From Protoeuglena noctilucae (Eukaryota), in the NCBI GenBank assembly GCA_958009085.1, contig OY253685.1, positions 558,001 through 622,000 of the forward strand: 64,000 bases of DNA, in the 5' to 3' direction. The first letter of the stretch is position 1, and the number at the start of each line of letters is the position of its first letter. The notes under the pieces were generated by a model. That model saw only the letters and a program-made list of their open reading frames with translations. It made no database searches and was not told where the DNA came from. The position numbers were made by a program, and so were the translations under genes. Below, piece by piece: positions 40,840 to 63,911 of this stretch.

Positions 40840-43800
40840 ATGAGGTCTGCCGTCCTCGCGCTCTTGCCGCTCCTGTCTGGCTTGTGCTGGGCGGTCGGCG
40901 CGGCGGGCGTCGCGTCCTTCTCCGCTCCGCACCGCATTGCTCGCCGGAACCACATTCGCCTCCTCCAGGTGCGAGCCAGCGGGGCCCCGCTCTGCCCCAG
41001 ACGAGGCATCGTTGACTCGCGATCGGTGCGCTCGTTCCTCTCGCTAGGCCAGATTCCCCATCGCGCCCACGCACGGCTCAACAACCTTGCCTGCGCAGGA
41101 GACGGCAAGGGCCCTCACGGACGCCGGCCAGGCTTATCAATACCGCGTGGAACTCGTCGAGCAGCCTACGGATCACTTCTCCTACCGCGTGGACCCTCCG
41201 GCGGCCCCCGCGAAGGCTACGTTCCAGCAGCGGCTGCTCGTGAACGACACATGGGTACGCTGCCACCTGCGCGCGCTCGTCGCGCCATCCCCGGCGCGAA
41301 CGCGTGATCTGATAGCTTACAATAATCTCTTTCGCCTGCTGCAGTGGGATGCCAAGAGCGGCCCTATCTTCTTGTACACGGGCAACGAAGGCGACATCGA
41401 GACCTTCGCCCAGAACACGGGCCTGATGTGGGACCTCGCGCCGCACTTCAAGGCTCTCGTGGCGTTTGCGGAGCACAGGTGAAGGCGCATGCCAAGCGCG
41501 GGGCGCGGCGCAGGCCGGGAGGGACCTACAAGGGTGCCGACTGCAGTGAGTTCGTCTGCACAGGTACTACGGCAAGAGCAACCCGGTTCCGATGCCGGAC
41601 AGCCTGCACGGCAAGCACCCGGAGCTGATGCAGTACCTGACCACGGAGCAGGCCCTCGCGGACTTCGAGGCGGACGTGCGTTATCTGCAGAAGAAGTACG
41701 ACTGCGCGGACTGCCCCATCATCGCCTTCGGGGGCTCATACGGGTGATCGCTAACATGTTTGAGCGTATGTGTCTGCTAGCAAACCGCGAGCGCCGCTCC
41801 GGAGGGCTACTGCGCGGCGAAAACGCGTAACAACCTTGCTTGTCGTGATGCAGGGGCATGCTCGCCGCCTACTTCCGCATCCGCTATCCCTGGGCTGTCG
41901 CGGGCGCTGTATCTGCCAGTGCTCCCGTGCTGTACTTCTCCGGGGACGCGGACTGGCAGCGTTTCTTCAAAATCGTCACCGAGGACTTTGCCGACTGCGC
42001 CGCGCCCATCTCCCGGTCGTGGGCGGAGGGAGAGGCCATGGCTCAGACGCCGGAAGGACGCGCGCAGATCCAGGCAAGTGCAGGGCACGGCTGCCGGACG
42101 CTGGGGAACACGGATGGGATCTGCAGACGTGCTTGCCTTCTATCATCTCCCATTTCGTCACCCCCACACAGCACACAGCACACATCTCTCTCCCCACTCC
42201 CGCAGAAGTCCCTTTCCCTCTGCTCCGCGCCCACCACGCCCGCCGACTGGCTCGACATCCGCGAGTGGATTGCGGGGTCGTACGTGACCATGGCCATGGC
42301 GGACTACCCCTCCCCTGCAAATTTCCTGGCGAGTCGCGTTGTGCTGTGCAAGCTTCACTGCGGACTGTGTTGGCTTCACAGCTAACGTCACATCACATTG
42401 CACCACCTCGCAAGCCACCCCCACTGGCACCCTCAAAGCTACCCCCCACTGCCCCCCTCCCTGGCACCCTCACCGCCACCCCCACTGAACCCCTCCCTGG
42501 CACCCTCACCGCCACCCCCACTGACCCCCTCACTGGCACCATCACCGCCACCCCCACTGCCCCCCTCACCGCCACCACCCATCCCACCCCCCTCGCAGGC
42601 CCCCATGCCCGCTTGGCCCGTTCGCCAGGCGTGCCGCGCCTTTGCCGGCCGCACCAACTCGACCGGTGCCGATCTCCTCTCAGCCGTGGGCGGGGCACTG
42701 CAGGTTCTCTACAACAGCACGGGCACTACCACGTGCCTGGACTGGACTGGCAGCGACACGCCAGACCTGCAGGCGGACGCGTGGGATTACCAGGTAAGAG
42801 GGTGGTGGCGGTGGAGCGTAGAAGATGTGCGTTGTTGACTTGCTTGCTTGCTTGCTTGCTTATGTGCGCAGGGATTGCCAGGCAAGAGGCTGGTGGATCA
42901 TAGAGGATTGACAGCCTTAATACTGCGTGACCATTTCAATATGTACAGTCTATACATATTCAAATATGTTATACAAACTACTGTATATGTACTTATCTAT
43001 ATAGCTATCTACTCATATACTCGCAGACGTGCACGGAGTACGAGGAGGAGCTCTACATGCTGGGTGGGTCGGACGACATGTTCTGGCGAGAAGAGTACAA
43101 CAGCACGGAATGGCACCAGGCGTGCAAGGCGCGGTTCGGGGTCAAGCCGTGGGCGCGGTGGGCGCAGGTGAGGGGAAGGGGGAGGGGTGGGTTGCAGTGG
43201 GGGAGGCTGTGAGGGTGGGGGTGAGAGTGGCAGTAAGGGTGGCAGTGAGGGTGGGGGCCATTTTGCCACCTCCCACAGCTACTCCCACTCCCAAGCCTCA
43301 CAATCACCATTCCCAATCATCACTCTCAATCCCTGACCACACCCGCAGCACGCCATGGGTGGCGCGCACATCGAGGCCGCCAGCAACATTGTCTTTTCCA
43401 ACGGAGACCTGGACCCCTGGGCAGGCGGCGGCTTCACCAAGAATGTCAACTCGGAAGTGCAGGCGGTGTGGATCCCCGAGGGGGCGCACCACTTGGACCT
43501 GAGGGCTCAGGGGACCGATGACCCGCCCTCGGTCGTGGATGCGCGCAACGTCGAGGCGGAGCTCATTGAGAGGTGAGAGTAGGGTGTGGGGAGGTGAGGA
43601 AGTTAATTGATAGTTGGGGGCGGTGGATGAGGGGGGTGGGGGTGACTGCGGGGGTGTAGTGTAGGGAGGGATGTGAGGTGTGTGTGGTGAGGGCAGGTGG
43701 GGTTGTGGGTGTCCGCACTGTGTGACCGTACTTTCAATACCTCATTTCATAAGCATATGTCTCTCCGCTCACCCTCCCAGGTGGATCCGCGAGTGGCACG

Positions 43801-44117
43801 TGGACCGGTCGCAGGAGGGCCCTCCCGCCGCCTCCGCCCAGGCATTCTTCGTTGGGGCGCTGGTCGGGCTGGGGACGGGGGCGATCGTCGTGACGGTGCT
43901 CGCGGCCATACTCGGGGCGAGGCGGCTGGTGAGTTGGGGGGGTTTAGGGGACGATGGCTACGTGTTTGCATTGACCAGTGCGTATATGTTACGATCCCTG
44001 TGTATGAAACACAACATAACATGCACGCTGTACTCACCATCTTTTCGCGCTTTGTGCTTTGCGCAGGACAAGCTCGCCAACACGTACGAGGCTCTGGCGC
44101 GAGGGCCCGAGGTCTAA
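40840..44117 (+). CDS. PRCP: Lysosomal Pro-X carboxypeptidase-like serine peptidase (family S28) with signal peptide and C-terminal transmembrane helix
   Basis: Signal peptide [49 protein letters not shown]; nucleophile [30 protein letters not shown] (Asp); GAHHLDL (His); hydrophobic [28 protein letters not shown] at 44117. Confidence 0.92.
42441..42580. repeat. Intronic 36-bp C-rich minisatellite (~3.5 copies)
   Basis: Unit acccccactgaacccctccctggcaccctcaccgcc is repeated just upstream of the acceptor at ~42598. Confidence 0.85.
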
Positions 44118-44462
44118 GTGTGTCGCATGCTTGTTCGCATGTACATATGCATGTGCCCAGCAAGCGCCATGGTCACACGAGCCCTGCCCTTGCGAGGCAA
44201 AGCGTTTGTCAGCGCCTGTTGGCTGTGTATCAGAGATACACAGACTTTGCCTTTTAAAGCGACGCGCGTTTTTTGCTGACAGCAAACCTGACGTATTCCT
44301 GGCAAGCTACTAGCACTGCATTATGCAGCTATGAGCAACACCCTTTGCTTTATGATTCGATGCAAGCTTATTGCTGACCACGGTACCTAGCTTCTCGCCA
44401 TCACATCCCTTGTATCATATGTGATCACATGGAACAAGACACAGCCCAGCCACCAACTGTGC

Positions 44463-47400
44463 TCATGGGCTCACGGGAGGCACGTTGCCCGCCAATCGGT
44501 GCCCGGCCTTGCACACACGCGGCACGACATCAGCGGCAGGCAGTGACAGCAAGTCACGATCGTGGTGGCTGTCGGGATAGGCGACAGAGAGCGCCAATGG
44601 CCCGCTGTCGGGCTCAGGAGCAGCATCGGGCGTCGCAGCGGGCGCCGACAGCGGCGAGAGCGGGGCGGAGGCCGAGCTGGGTGCGTGTGTGAGGTGGGGT
44701 GCTGCATTTGGTGCCTCCAGGGCAGGTGCGCCCGTGCCGGTTGTCGTGCCCTTGCCTGCTGACTCCCTGCGAGCCGCAGCAACCTGCGAGCCGGCACACG
44801 CAAAAGGACCTGTTAATGAGACAGTGCTGCAAGTGATGGCAAAGTGCACATGTGGTGTAACAGACAACCTTGCTTAAGGTCACCTTCCACAGCCCCCACC
44901 CGGCCAGTGCCAGCCCCAGCACGCCAGCGGCTGATGCGAAGAAAGTCCCAAAAAAGACTGGAATGGAGAGGAAGGGGGTGTGAGGGCTTCGATTGTGATG
45001 GACGTCACCACTCGGCGCCTCGGGCGCTGTGACGGGAGCGCTGGTGACTGTTGGGCTTGAGAGGGGCGCCTGGGACACAGCTTGGGAGCTGACCGCAATC
45101 GGCGCCACCCAGCTCTGGCATGTGTCGCCAGTGAAGCCCAGGTAGCACTGGCAGACGCTGTTCACGCACACGCCGTGAGCGTTGCAGTCGTTCGGGCAGC
45201 CCAGGTAAGGGCACGGTCCGTCACCGGTCGGGCACTTAACTGTCCCTGCGTTGTGTGGGCAAGGCCGGGGGGCATTAATGCACATACGCACTGACGCACT
45301 CACACCTGCTGCTGTGTTAGTCTCAAATGTCAGCACCGGTGCCACCTCAGCCTGTGCCACCTCACCGCCTCCAGGCGTGGGCACGTCCTGCCCTGGCGTG
45401 CATGGCACGTCGATGCCTCCCATGCTCAGCACGACGCCCCCGCCAGTTGCAGTGCACTTGGCGGGCAGGCAGACGGGCGCTGCACCGCCCTGGCCCTTGG
45501 GCGGGGTGTGAACGAAGCAGCGGCTGCTGACGCCGTAGTCGGACCCGGCCGGTGCCCCCAGCGGGCTGTTGGTGTCGTAGCACTGCCCGTCACGGAGCAA
45601 GATCACGTCGTCCACACCCGCCTCGAGAACCAGCGGCGAGCACACCCCGTAGGTCCTGCGGGACATGAGGAGTAAGCTCAGCACAGAGGTCGGCAAGACG
45701 CCAGTGGAAAGCGTCGTTGCTTGCAACACAAGCATCTTGCAACACACATTTACGACCTCGCCTGTAGTCATAGCTGCACATGGTGTGCCCCTCGTCGCCG
45801 TTGCAGTACGGCGTCGCATCCCACGACGCGTCTTGCAGGAAGGGGCAGCCCCTGCCCTCCGCCCAGCTCAGGGCCCGGGCCTTGGTGGCGTCCACCTCGT
45901 ACCAACCAGTGTCCCTGCGTTGCATGTGGGAGCAGCCAGTGCGCATGTAAGACTAGTAATCATCATTTGTAACACACAGCATCCACAGAGTCGCTCTGCG
46001 GACGTCGATGTCCCAAGCCTCAAGCCTCACGCCCCCATGCAAAGACTACCCCGCACCTGAGGAGAGCGAGGGTGAGCGTGGACAGCACCGACCGGTCACC
46101 CATCACGCTCCCGGTCATGAGCTCGTTGCCCGCGAACCGGATCTCCCAATGGCTCCCCGCCGTGCCAGCGCCGCCGTCGTCCTCCAGAAACATCCCCTGG
46201 GCCGTAGGGCACCCGAACATCGCCCTCGCCGCGTCCCGCACCGTCGGCGTCACCACGGCCTTGCGAGGCCGCCCGCCGGCAGTGATCGTCTTGACCACCG
46301 CGTCTGCCGGTAAGCGCGCCCCGGCGTCGTCGACAAAGTACTCCAGCATGGGCTCCGTGAAGCCCAGCGCGTGCGTCATCTCGTGCACGGTCACGTCCAG
46401 CGCCATGCCGAGATTGGCGTTCTGCAAGGCCGCCGGGCAGAAGTTGATGACGCCAGCGATGGGCCGAGTGGACGCCTCATCAAATTCACACGGCGCCCCC
46501 AGGGCCAGCGTGGTCTCTGTGCAGTAGGGTACACCGTTCAGGCTCGGGGCCGCCGTCACATATAGCAGGAAGTCGGTGTCTGCGGGGCAAGGGCCGGGGT
46601 CCTGAGGCGAGGTGTAGCGGCGTGGAGAGCGCACAGAAAGCACGTGCTGCGGTAATGCAGGACACAGGTGGGATGAGCGCTCAGGTGGGGCATGGCACCG
46701 CGCACCTGCCAGGCCCGGGCCGGGGGCGCGGTCACTGCACAGGGCGGGCGCGGTGGGGCACACCTCCGCCCCGGCCAGGACGGCGGGGTCGTGCGTGGCG
46801 AAGAGGCATTTGGGCGCGGCCTGCAGCGCTCGGCACTTCGTCGACGCTGGCCACTTCTCGCTGCAAGCGTGCGGCACCAGGAGGGGGCCCGAGGCGGGGT
46901 GCCGGACCCGCAGGAACTCCTTGAATGTGGCGGTGGCGAGTGGGACGATCTGGTCCTTGATCAGCGCGGCTACGCGGGGGTCTGTGCTCCCCAGTTGGAA
47001 CTCCACAGCGATGCGGATGGGCGTCGCCGGCGCGGCGCTGGAGACCCGCGCCGGGTCCAGCGCATGGTTTTCGGACGTAGCCCGCTCATCAGCTGTGCGC
47101 GTCGTGGCCTGCAAGAGAGCGACTGCGGCGGTCGCGCGGCCACCAGCATGCGCCCTTCGCTGGGTCCCCCGCCCGCGGAGCGGGATACATATGGCGCGCG
47201 CAAAATGCTCGCGTGCACAAGCTGATTGCATATTGTACAGCCTGGAGCTGTTCTCTGGCTCATCAGGCCCAGGGATGCGAGCGGCTGGCCGGCGCATGGC
47301 TGGCCGGGGCATGGCCGACCGGCACGGCTGATCCCCTCACCAGGCGGTCCGCCACCCACGTGACCAGCGACGCATGTCCGCACTGGTACACCGTCGTGGG

Positions 47401-47487
47401 TGCTGCACCTGCTCGGGCGGCGGGTGCGAGCGCGAGGAGGCCGACCACCGCGCAGGCAGCCGCCCACACCCAGCCATCGCGCACCAT
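44463..47487 (-). CDS. Leishmanolysin/GP63-like zinc metallopeptidase (M8) with EGF-like domain and transmembrane anchor
   Basis: Signal peptide, propeptide CGH, RPIAGVINFCP, zinc motif VHEMTHALGF, LEDDGGAGTAGSHWEIR..ELMTG, LTLALLR|DTGWY, EGF-like CPNDCNAHGVCVNSVCQCYLGFTGDTC and TM FFGTFFASAAGVLGLALAGWGLW. Confidence 0.92.
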
Positions 47488-47748
47488 GGGGCAATGCGAC
47501 ACGGAAGACTGCTAGCTGCGCACTTGGGACGGGCTAGGTACCTCGCATGTGACCTGAGTCATGGGATTCCTGTCGGACGGAGGCAAAGTCGATAAGGGCG
47601 CCCGTCGAGCCGATCCCGCTTCACCAAAGGTCGCTGATTTCTCTCATCGACCGCTGCATCGCTCTGCTTCGCGCATCGGACAGCGCGGAAGCTCTCTTGC
47701 CGCATTTGGCGACCTCGACCGTCCCCCGCGCGAGCCAAGGGCGCCGGG
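47488..47748. promoter_or_regulatory. Probable bidirectional promoter (leishmanolysin / PEPC)
   Basis: Only ~260 bp of CpG-rich sequence between two divergent ATGs. Confidence 0.5.
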
Positions 47749-50700
47749 ATGACGGACAACGCGGACGATTTCCACTTCGCGGAGGTGCGGATCGCGGCCC
47801 CGCCTGAGCGCGCTGTGGGGATCCAGAGGGCGCGGGAGGGGCTGGCGATGCCCGCACGGCGCCCCTTTGTGTACTAAACTCGCTCTTTTTGGCCACGTGT
47901 GCGCGGGCGGCCTTCATCGGGCGCTGGGTGGGGCGGCGACCGCCTCATCCCGCTGACCCGTCAGAGGCCGCGGTGCCCGGCGCACCCGGTCGCTCCCCGC
48001 GCCGCGCATCGCCTTCACGCGCTGCGTTTCCATTTCGATGTTCCATCGGGCGGATCCCGGGTGCCAATGCGGAGCAGTGCGGCGGCCCGGAGGGGAACTG
48101 TCGCGTGCGAGGTCGCGCCTCCCCTCCCCGCCCCGCGCCGCTTCCCCCGCGCGCCTCTCCGCGTCCGCCCGCCTCCGGCCGCAAGATGCCGCGACCCTCC
48201 GGCGTTTGCGACCCCGCCTCGCGCCCCTCCCGCAGGACTTCCCCCTCCAGGCTCTCGACGATGACTGCCGCCTGCTGGGATCGATCCTCGACGACACGCT
48301 GCGCATCGAGTGCGGCGACGTGCTGTTCGAGAAGATTGAGCGCATCCGCTCCATGGCGCAGGCGGCCGCGTCGCTCGGGCAGGGCCACGCGGGAGATGCT
48401 GCCACCCTACTGCACTCGCTCACGGAGCGCGAGCTCATGAGCATGTCGCTGCAGGAGGCCCTCCCCACCACGCGCGCCCTCGGCCACTACCTCAACCTCA
48501 CCTCCCTCGCCGAGACCTACCACAACCTGCGCCTCCAGCGGCAGCAGCTGGTGAGGAGGCGTGATGCGAGAACGCACCTACTCCACCCACATCATCCATC
48601 GTACCCGCACCCGTGCCTGCCTCTCCATGTTTCTGACTGCGTTTCGCATGTCTTGTAACCCCGTGCGACGTCGCAGATGCTTCTCATCGCCGTGGGTGAC
48701 TTTGTACAAACCCATCGAACACACCAGCGCCGCATTGTACATAAATGCAACGTGCGTGTCGTCTCCCCCACCGCAGCACCTGAACCGCCAGCTCGAGAAC
48801 ACGATGACGGAGCTGCTGGCGATGGGCGTGACCCCGGAGGCACTCTTTCACGAGCTCTCCACTCAGAACGTCGAGATCGTGCTGACGGGTGAGCACGCTT
48901 TGTGCTACGCGCTGTGATGGGGTGTCTGCCCGTGTCGAGATGTATCGTCTGAGTGTCTGCTCATTTCCCGATGCCGTGCCTGTCTGCCGGTGTCAATATG
49001 CACCGTCTGCCTGTCGACGCGCACCCACGTTAACACAGCAGCATCGCAAGCATCAACCACGACCACCCCGCCCCCCCCCCCCGCAGCGCACCCGACGCAG
49101 GTCAACCGCCGCACGCTCGTCTACAAGCACAACCGCATCGCCAAGCTCCTCGAGGTGCGTGATATGGGTAATAATAGAAATGGTTATGTGGTACGTACCC
49201 TACCTTGTGAAGCGCCTCTGCAAGCGCCTCTGCCCACACACAACATGCATCAACTATTTCACATCGATTATACCTACCGCAGGAGAAGGACCGCACGGAC
49301 TTGACCGAGTTTGAGAAGGGCCAGGTGATCGAGGACCTGATCCGGGAGATCACGGCGCTGTGGCAGACCGACGAGATCCGCCGGCGCAAGCCCACGCCCA
49401 TCGACGAGGCCAAGGGGGGGCTGCACATCATCGAGCAGTCGCTGGTGAGTTTGGATGGGCAATCGTCTGGTGTCTGTGATAGAGCAACACACCCACACCC
49501 TTAAAGCGCTCCCTTCCTCCCCTCCCCTCTCACAATCACCCTCACGCCACACCCTTCCCACCCCTCCCACCCCTCCCACCCTGACACACTCCCCTTACCC
49601 CAACCCCCCCGCAGTGGACCGCGCTGCCCAAGGTCCTCCGCAAGTTCTCCCAGGCCCTCAAGAAGCTCACGGGCAAGGACCTGCCCATCTCCGCCACGCC
49701 CATCACCTTTGGGTCGTGGATGGGGGGCGACCGCGACGGCAACCCCAACGTCACGGCGGACGTCACCAAGCAGGTCATCTTCCTGTCGCGGTGAGCAGCG
49801 ATTGTGTACACAAAATGGTTGAGCTTTACCAGCTTAGCCGACTTCCTCGCCCCAGATCACCATGCTTTAGACCCTAGCAGCAGAGTTGCCCCACGTCACC
49901 ACTCACATCACGCATGTCACCGCATGTCATCACCCCTGCCCCTCACCCTCCCCTCTATCTCCCCAGCTGGATTGCGGCCGACCTGTACCTGAAGGAGATC
50001 GAGATCCTGCGATTCGAGCTCTCCATGAGCGTCCTGCAGCGAGGAGCTCTCCACCATGGTCGAGCGCGTGCAGCGCACCTCGCGCAACGCGGGGGGGCAG
50101 GGCGCGTCGCCCGCCGAGGGGCGGCAGCCCCCCTGGGCGGCCCGGACGCAGCGCGCGTGGTCCCCGCGGCCCCGCCGGGCCACATGACCGGTGGGCGAGT
50201 CGACGTTCTCTAACGACGCGTCGGCGCTGCCGCCCACCGCGCTCCCGCCCGTGCGCGGCGACGATGAGCTGTCCGAGCTGGGCGAGCGCATCAGCATCGC
50301 GGATCACCTCCACGTCGACACGGGCGCGGGCGCGGGGNNNNNNNNNNNNNNNNNNNNNNNNNNNNNNNNNNNNNNNNNNNNNNNNNNNNNNNNNNNNNNN
50401 NNNNNNNNNNNNNNNNNNNNNNNNNNNNNNNNNNNNNNNNNNNNNNNNNNNNNNNNNNNNNNNNNNNNNNNNNNNNNNNNNNNNNNNNNNNNNNNNNNNN
50501 NNNNNNNNNNNNNNNNNNNNNNNNNNNNNNNNNNNNNACCCACCCCCCCCCCCCCCCCCCAGTCACACTGAGGTACTTGACGAGGTCACTGACTACCTTG
50601 GCATCGGCAAGTACTCGTCGTGGTCGGAGGACGAGCGGTGCGAATTCCTCGCCAAGGAGCTGCAGGGCAAGCGTGCCCTGATCCCGCCCGGCATGCCGAT

Positions 50701-53541
50701 GTCCGATCCGGTGAAGGAGGCGGTGGCGACGTTCCGCGTGTGTGCCGAGTACACGGACAGCCTGGGGGCGTACGTGATTTCCATGGCCCACCACGCCTCG
50801 GACGTGCTGGCGGTCGAGCTGCTGCAGAGGGAGGCCAGGCTGGTGAGGGGAAGTGGTAGTGTTAGTAACTATGTTAGTAACGACGTTGTTAGAGTGGGCG
50901 TGCAAGTGGGGTTGATGGTGGTGGCGAGGGTGCAGGTGCGGGTGATATCCGCATTACCACCACTCAATCCATCACACCCATCCCACGTATCGCCCCCAGA
51001 TGCTCGCCGTGGAGCGCGGCCAGACCATGGACCACTGCCGCTCCCTCCGCGTGGTGCCTCTCTTCGAGACGCTCGACGACCTCGACCGCGCGCCCGCTAC
51101 CCTCCACAAGCTCTTCTCGCTGGTGAGATGATATGTTATTGTAGATCGATGGTGTATGATGGATGATGTGTAGACGACCTCGACCGCGCGCCCACCACCC
51201 TGCACCCCACTTGCCCCAGTTGCAGCCCTGTTGCCACTCACCTCACCCCACCCCATCCACTCACCCTCACCCTCACCCCCCCCCCCAGCCCTGGTACTGC
51301 GAGCGCTTTACTCTCATTCTCACTTCACTCACCCTCACCCCGCCCCCACTAACAACCGCAGCCCTGGTACCACTCACCCCTCATCCTCACCCCACTGACC
51401 CCCCCCCCCCTTTTCCCCCAGCCCTGGTACCGTGAGCGCCTCCGCTCCATCCACGACGACCACCAGGAGATCATGCTCGGCTATTCCGACTCTGGCAAGG
51501 ACGCGGGCCGGCTCGCGGCCAACTGGGCCCTCTACCGGGCTCAAGAGAACCTCGTCAAAGTGTGCACGGACTACGGGCTTTGGTGCACGCTCTTCCATGG
51601 CAGGGGTGGCACAGTGGGGCGCGGCGGTGGGCCCATGATGCAGGCCGTGCGGAGCCAGCCGCCCGGGAGCGTGAATGGGCGGCTGAGGGTGACGGAGCAG
51701 GGGGAGGTGAGGGGTGGGAGGGGTGGGTGTGGGTGTGGATGGTTAACAAGGGGGTTAGTACGGTAGAGGTGGGGTGAGGGTTTGTGAACGGGCGGCTAAG
51801 GGTGACGGAGCAGGGGGAGGTGAGGGGGTCGGGGGATGGGTGGGTGCTTGCTAGGCATGTTGTGCTGATATGTGTGTGCGCCACGTGAGTGTGCAGCGTT
51901 CAAATTTATATTGGTAGTTGGAGTAAATATAATAATTAAATGTAAAATATAATAAAACCCCCCCTCTCCCTATCCCGATTTCCCCAGATGGTCCAGGCCA
52001 AGTTCGGCCTGGTCGACGTGGCCATGCGCAACCTGGAGGTCAACACCACCGCCACCATGAGCGCCACGCTGGACCCCCCGAGTCCCCCAAAAGACGAGAA
52101 GTGGCGCGACATCATGGACAGCCTGTCGCAGTGGTCGTGCGAGGCGTACCGCGAGGTGGTCTTCCGCAACCCCACCTTCATCAAGTACTTCCGGCACGCC
52201 ACGCCGGGTGAGACGATGATTACTATCAATGATAGTGATATTGGTTATAATGGCTCGCATAGGAGGAGCTGGGCAACCTGAACATCCACGAATATTCAAT
52301 ACTAACATCCATAACATACACTAATACCTTCCATTCACCCTTCCTCAACCGCAGAGGAGGAGCTGGGCAACCTGAACATCGGTTCGCGCCCCCAGCGCCG
52401 CAAGAAGGGCGGCGGCGTGGACACCCTCCGCGCCATCCCCTGGATCTTCGCCTGGACGCAAAACCGCATGATGCTGCCCGCGTGGCTGGGCTTCCCGGAG
52501 GCCATGGAAAACGCCCTCAAGCAGGGGTGGCGCGAGCAGCTGGGGGACATGTACCGGCACTGGCCCTTCTTCCGGTGAGTGATTGGCAGTAGTATTGTTT
52601 TATTTAATAGTTAGTGGTGAATGGTTGTGATGGTGTCATGGTGAGCAGCTGGGGGACATGTACCGGCACTCGCTTCCAGCGATAACACGACGCGCAGCTA
52701 ATAATGGACTCATCTATGCATTGTATCAATATTTATATACAATTATCATCCCCTTCCTCCAATCCGCAGCATCGCGATCGATTTGATCGAGTTGATCCTG
52801 GCCAAGCCTTATGTGTAGCATCAATCAATGCCGTCCACCCCCCCTTCTACGCAGCACCACGATCGATTTGATCGAGATGATCTTGGCCAAGGCCGACATG
52901 CGCATCTCGCGCCTTTATGACGAGGTGTTGGTGCGCGACGCGGCCGAGCTCACGCTGGGGGAGCACCTGCGGGCGAGGTTCCGGAACTGCATCGAGAGCC
53001 TCATCAAGGCGAGTGGAGCGGCACAATTGGGTGATAATTGTAATTAAATCTAATTATGATTATTTGTTTTGTTTTTATTAATTCCAGCTTAAATGAAATT
53101 ATGACAATTTATGTACATCATTGATACAACAATGTAACAATGATAGTAACAATGAACCCGAACCGTTCTTCCCCATCCCCGCAGCTCACGGGCCACTCGC
53201 GGTTGATGGAGAACAACAAGACGCTGCGCCGCCTCATCCAGATGCGCAACCCTTACGTCGACCCCCTCAACACCCTGCAGATCGAGATCCTGAGGAGGCT
53301 CAGGCGAGGGGGTGGAGAGAACCGATACCATCTTTTTGATAGTAGTAATTGTTGCCATTGTAACGGTCGTCTTTGCCTGAGGTACTTACTGCCAAGCAAT
53401 CAATGTCTTTTAGAAGAAATGATATTCATCTTCGCATGTGTCTTCCCTCGTCGCAGGCAGGACCCCACGAGCCAGCCCCTGCGCGACGCCCTGCTCATCA
53501 CCATCAACGGCATCGCGGCCGGCATGCGCAACACGGGGTGA
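47749..53541 (+). CDS. PEPC: Phosphoenolpyruvate carboxylase, bacterial-type (BTPC), multi-exon, interrupted by an assembly gap
   Basis: Exon 1 [12 protein letters not shown] (47749-47784) splices to [15 protein letters not shown] (48236). Motifs [44 protein letters not shown] and [12 protein letters not shown] are present. The C-terminal RNTG is diagnostic of the bacterial type (plant type ends QNTG), and there is no plant-type N-terminal phosphorylation motif. Confidence 0.96.
50338..50537. other. Assembly gap (200 N) inside the PEPC gene
   Basis: Run of N. Conserved PEPC sequence preceding HTEVLDEVT (e.g. LDxRQES) is missing, so the true gap is probably longer than 200 bp. Confidence 0.97.
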
Positions 53542-54280
53542 GAGGGCGAGAGAGCGAGCGTCAAAGCAAGCGACAAAGCGAGACGCCACCCAGCCGACGA
53601 GGGTGCATCTCTGCAATTCTTGCAAAGTGGAACGCCGAAGAGCGTAAATGCAGCGAAACGCTGTGTGTAGGTGGCACTTCACTGCCCCGCTGCCCTTAGC
53701 GCTGCGCTGTCCCATAGACGACGGCCTTTCGTTTCATCTCTTAGCCACTCAGCCCCACAAGCGCGGGTGCGGTGAGGCCGGTCGCCGGGTGGTGGTACTG
53801 GGGTTACTGCCACGGCCCCCTTAGCAAGCCGGGTATGGGCGCACATGTGTAGCGACTGCGGTGCTGCCACTCCCACCCACGGCTTTGGCACTTGCGCTGC
53901 CGGCAGCGCCCGCTATCGCCCTGCGCCCCTGCGCTTTGCCTTTTTCGTTTGGCTCTGCCGCTTTAATTAAGCCTCACTTTTTAAAAAAAAAAAACCGCTG
54001 CTTGCTTGAAACAAGGGGCTTTCACCCAAGGCGCGCGATTCAGACCGAGTCAACACAACAGGGCACCCGAAAGCCAAGCAAAGCATTAGCCATTGAAAAA
54101 CAAACGACAGCATTTATTCAAATGACCGCATCCCGCTTTTCACTTCGCCTATCCGCCAAGCCATGTTTTCCAGTTTCAGCTTCTAACCACTCCGCCCCAC
54201 CCCACCCAGACCCCCCCACTGCACCCACCCCAGCTCCCAGGTCGCCCTTCAATCCCCACCAAGTACATCAAAAGTCATTT

Positions 54281-63911
<9,631 letters not shown>

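Noticed and set aside
48038..48235. ORF-track N-terminus of PEPC (MFHRADPG...)
   Set aside because: Lies within intron 1. The upstream exon [12 protein letters not shown] splices in phase and resembles BTPC N-termini.
53960..54000. T5-A12 run between PEPC and CHD as a retroelement tail or Pol III terminator
   Set aside because: No target-site duplication, A/B boxes or recognisable RNA gene; probably a 3' UTR or intergenic homopolymer
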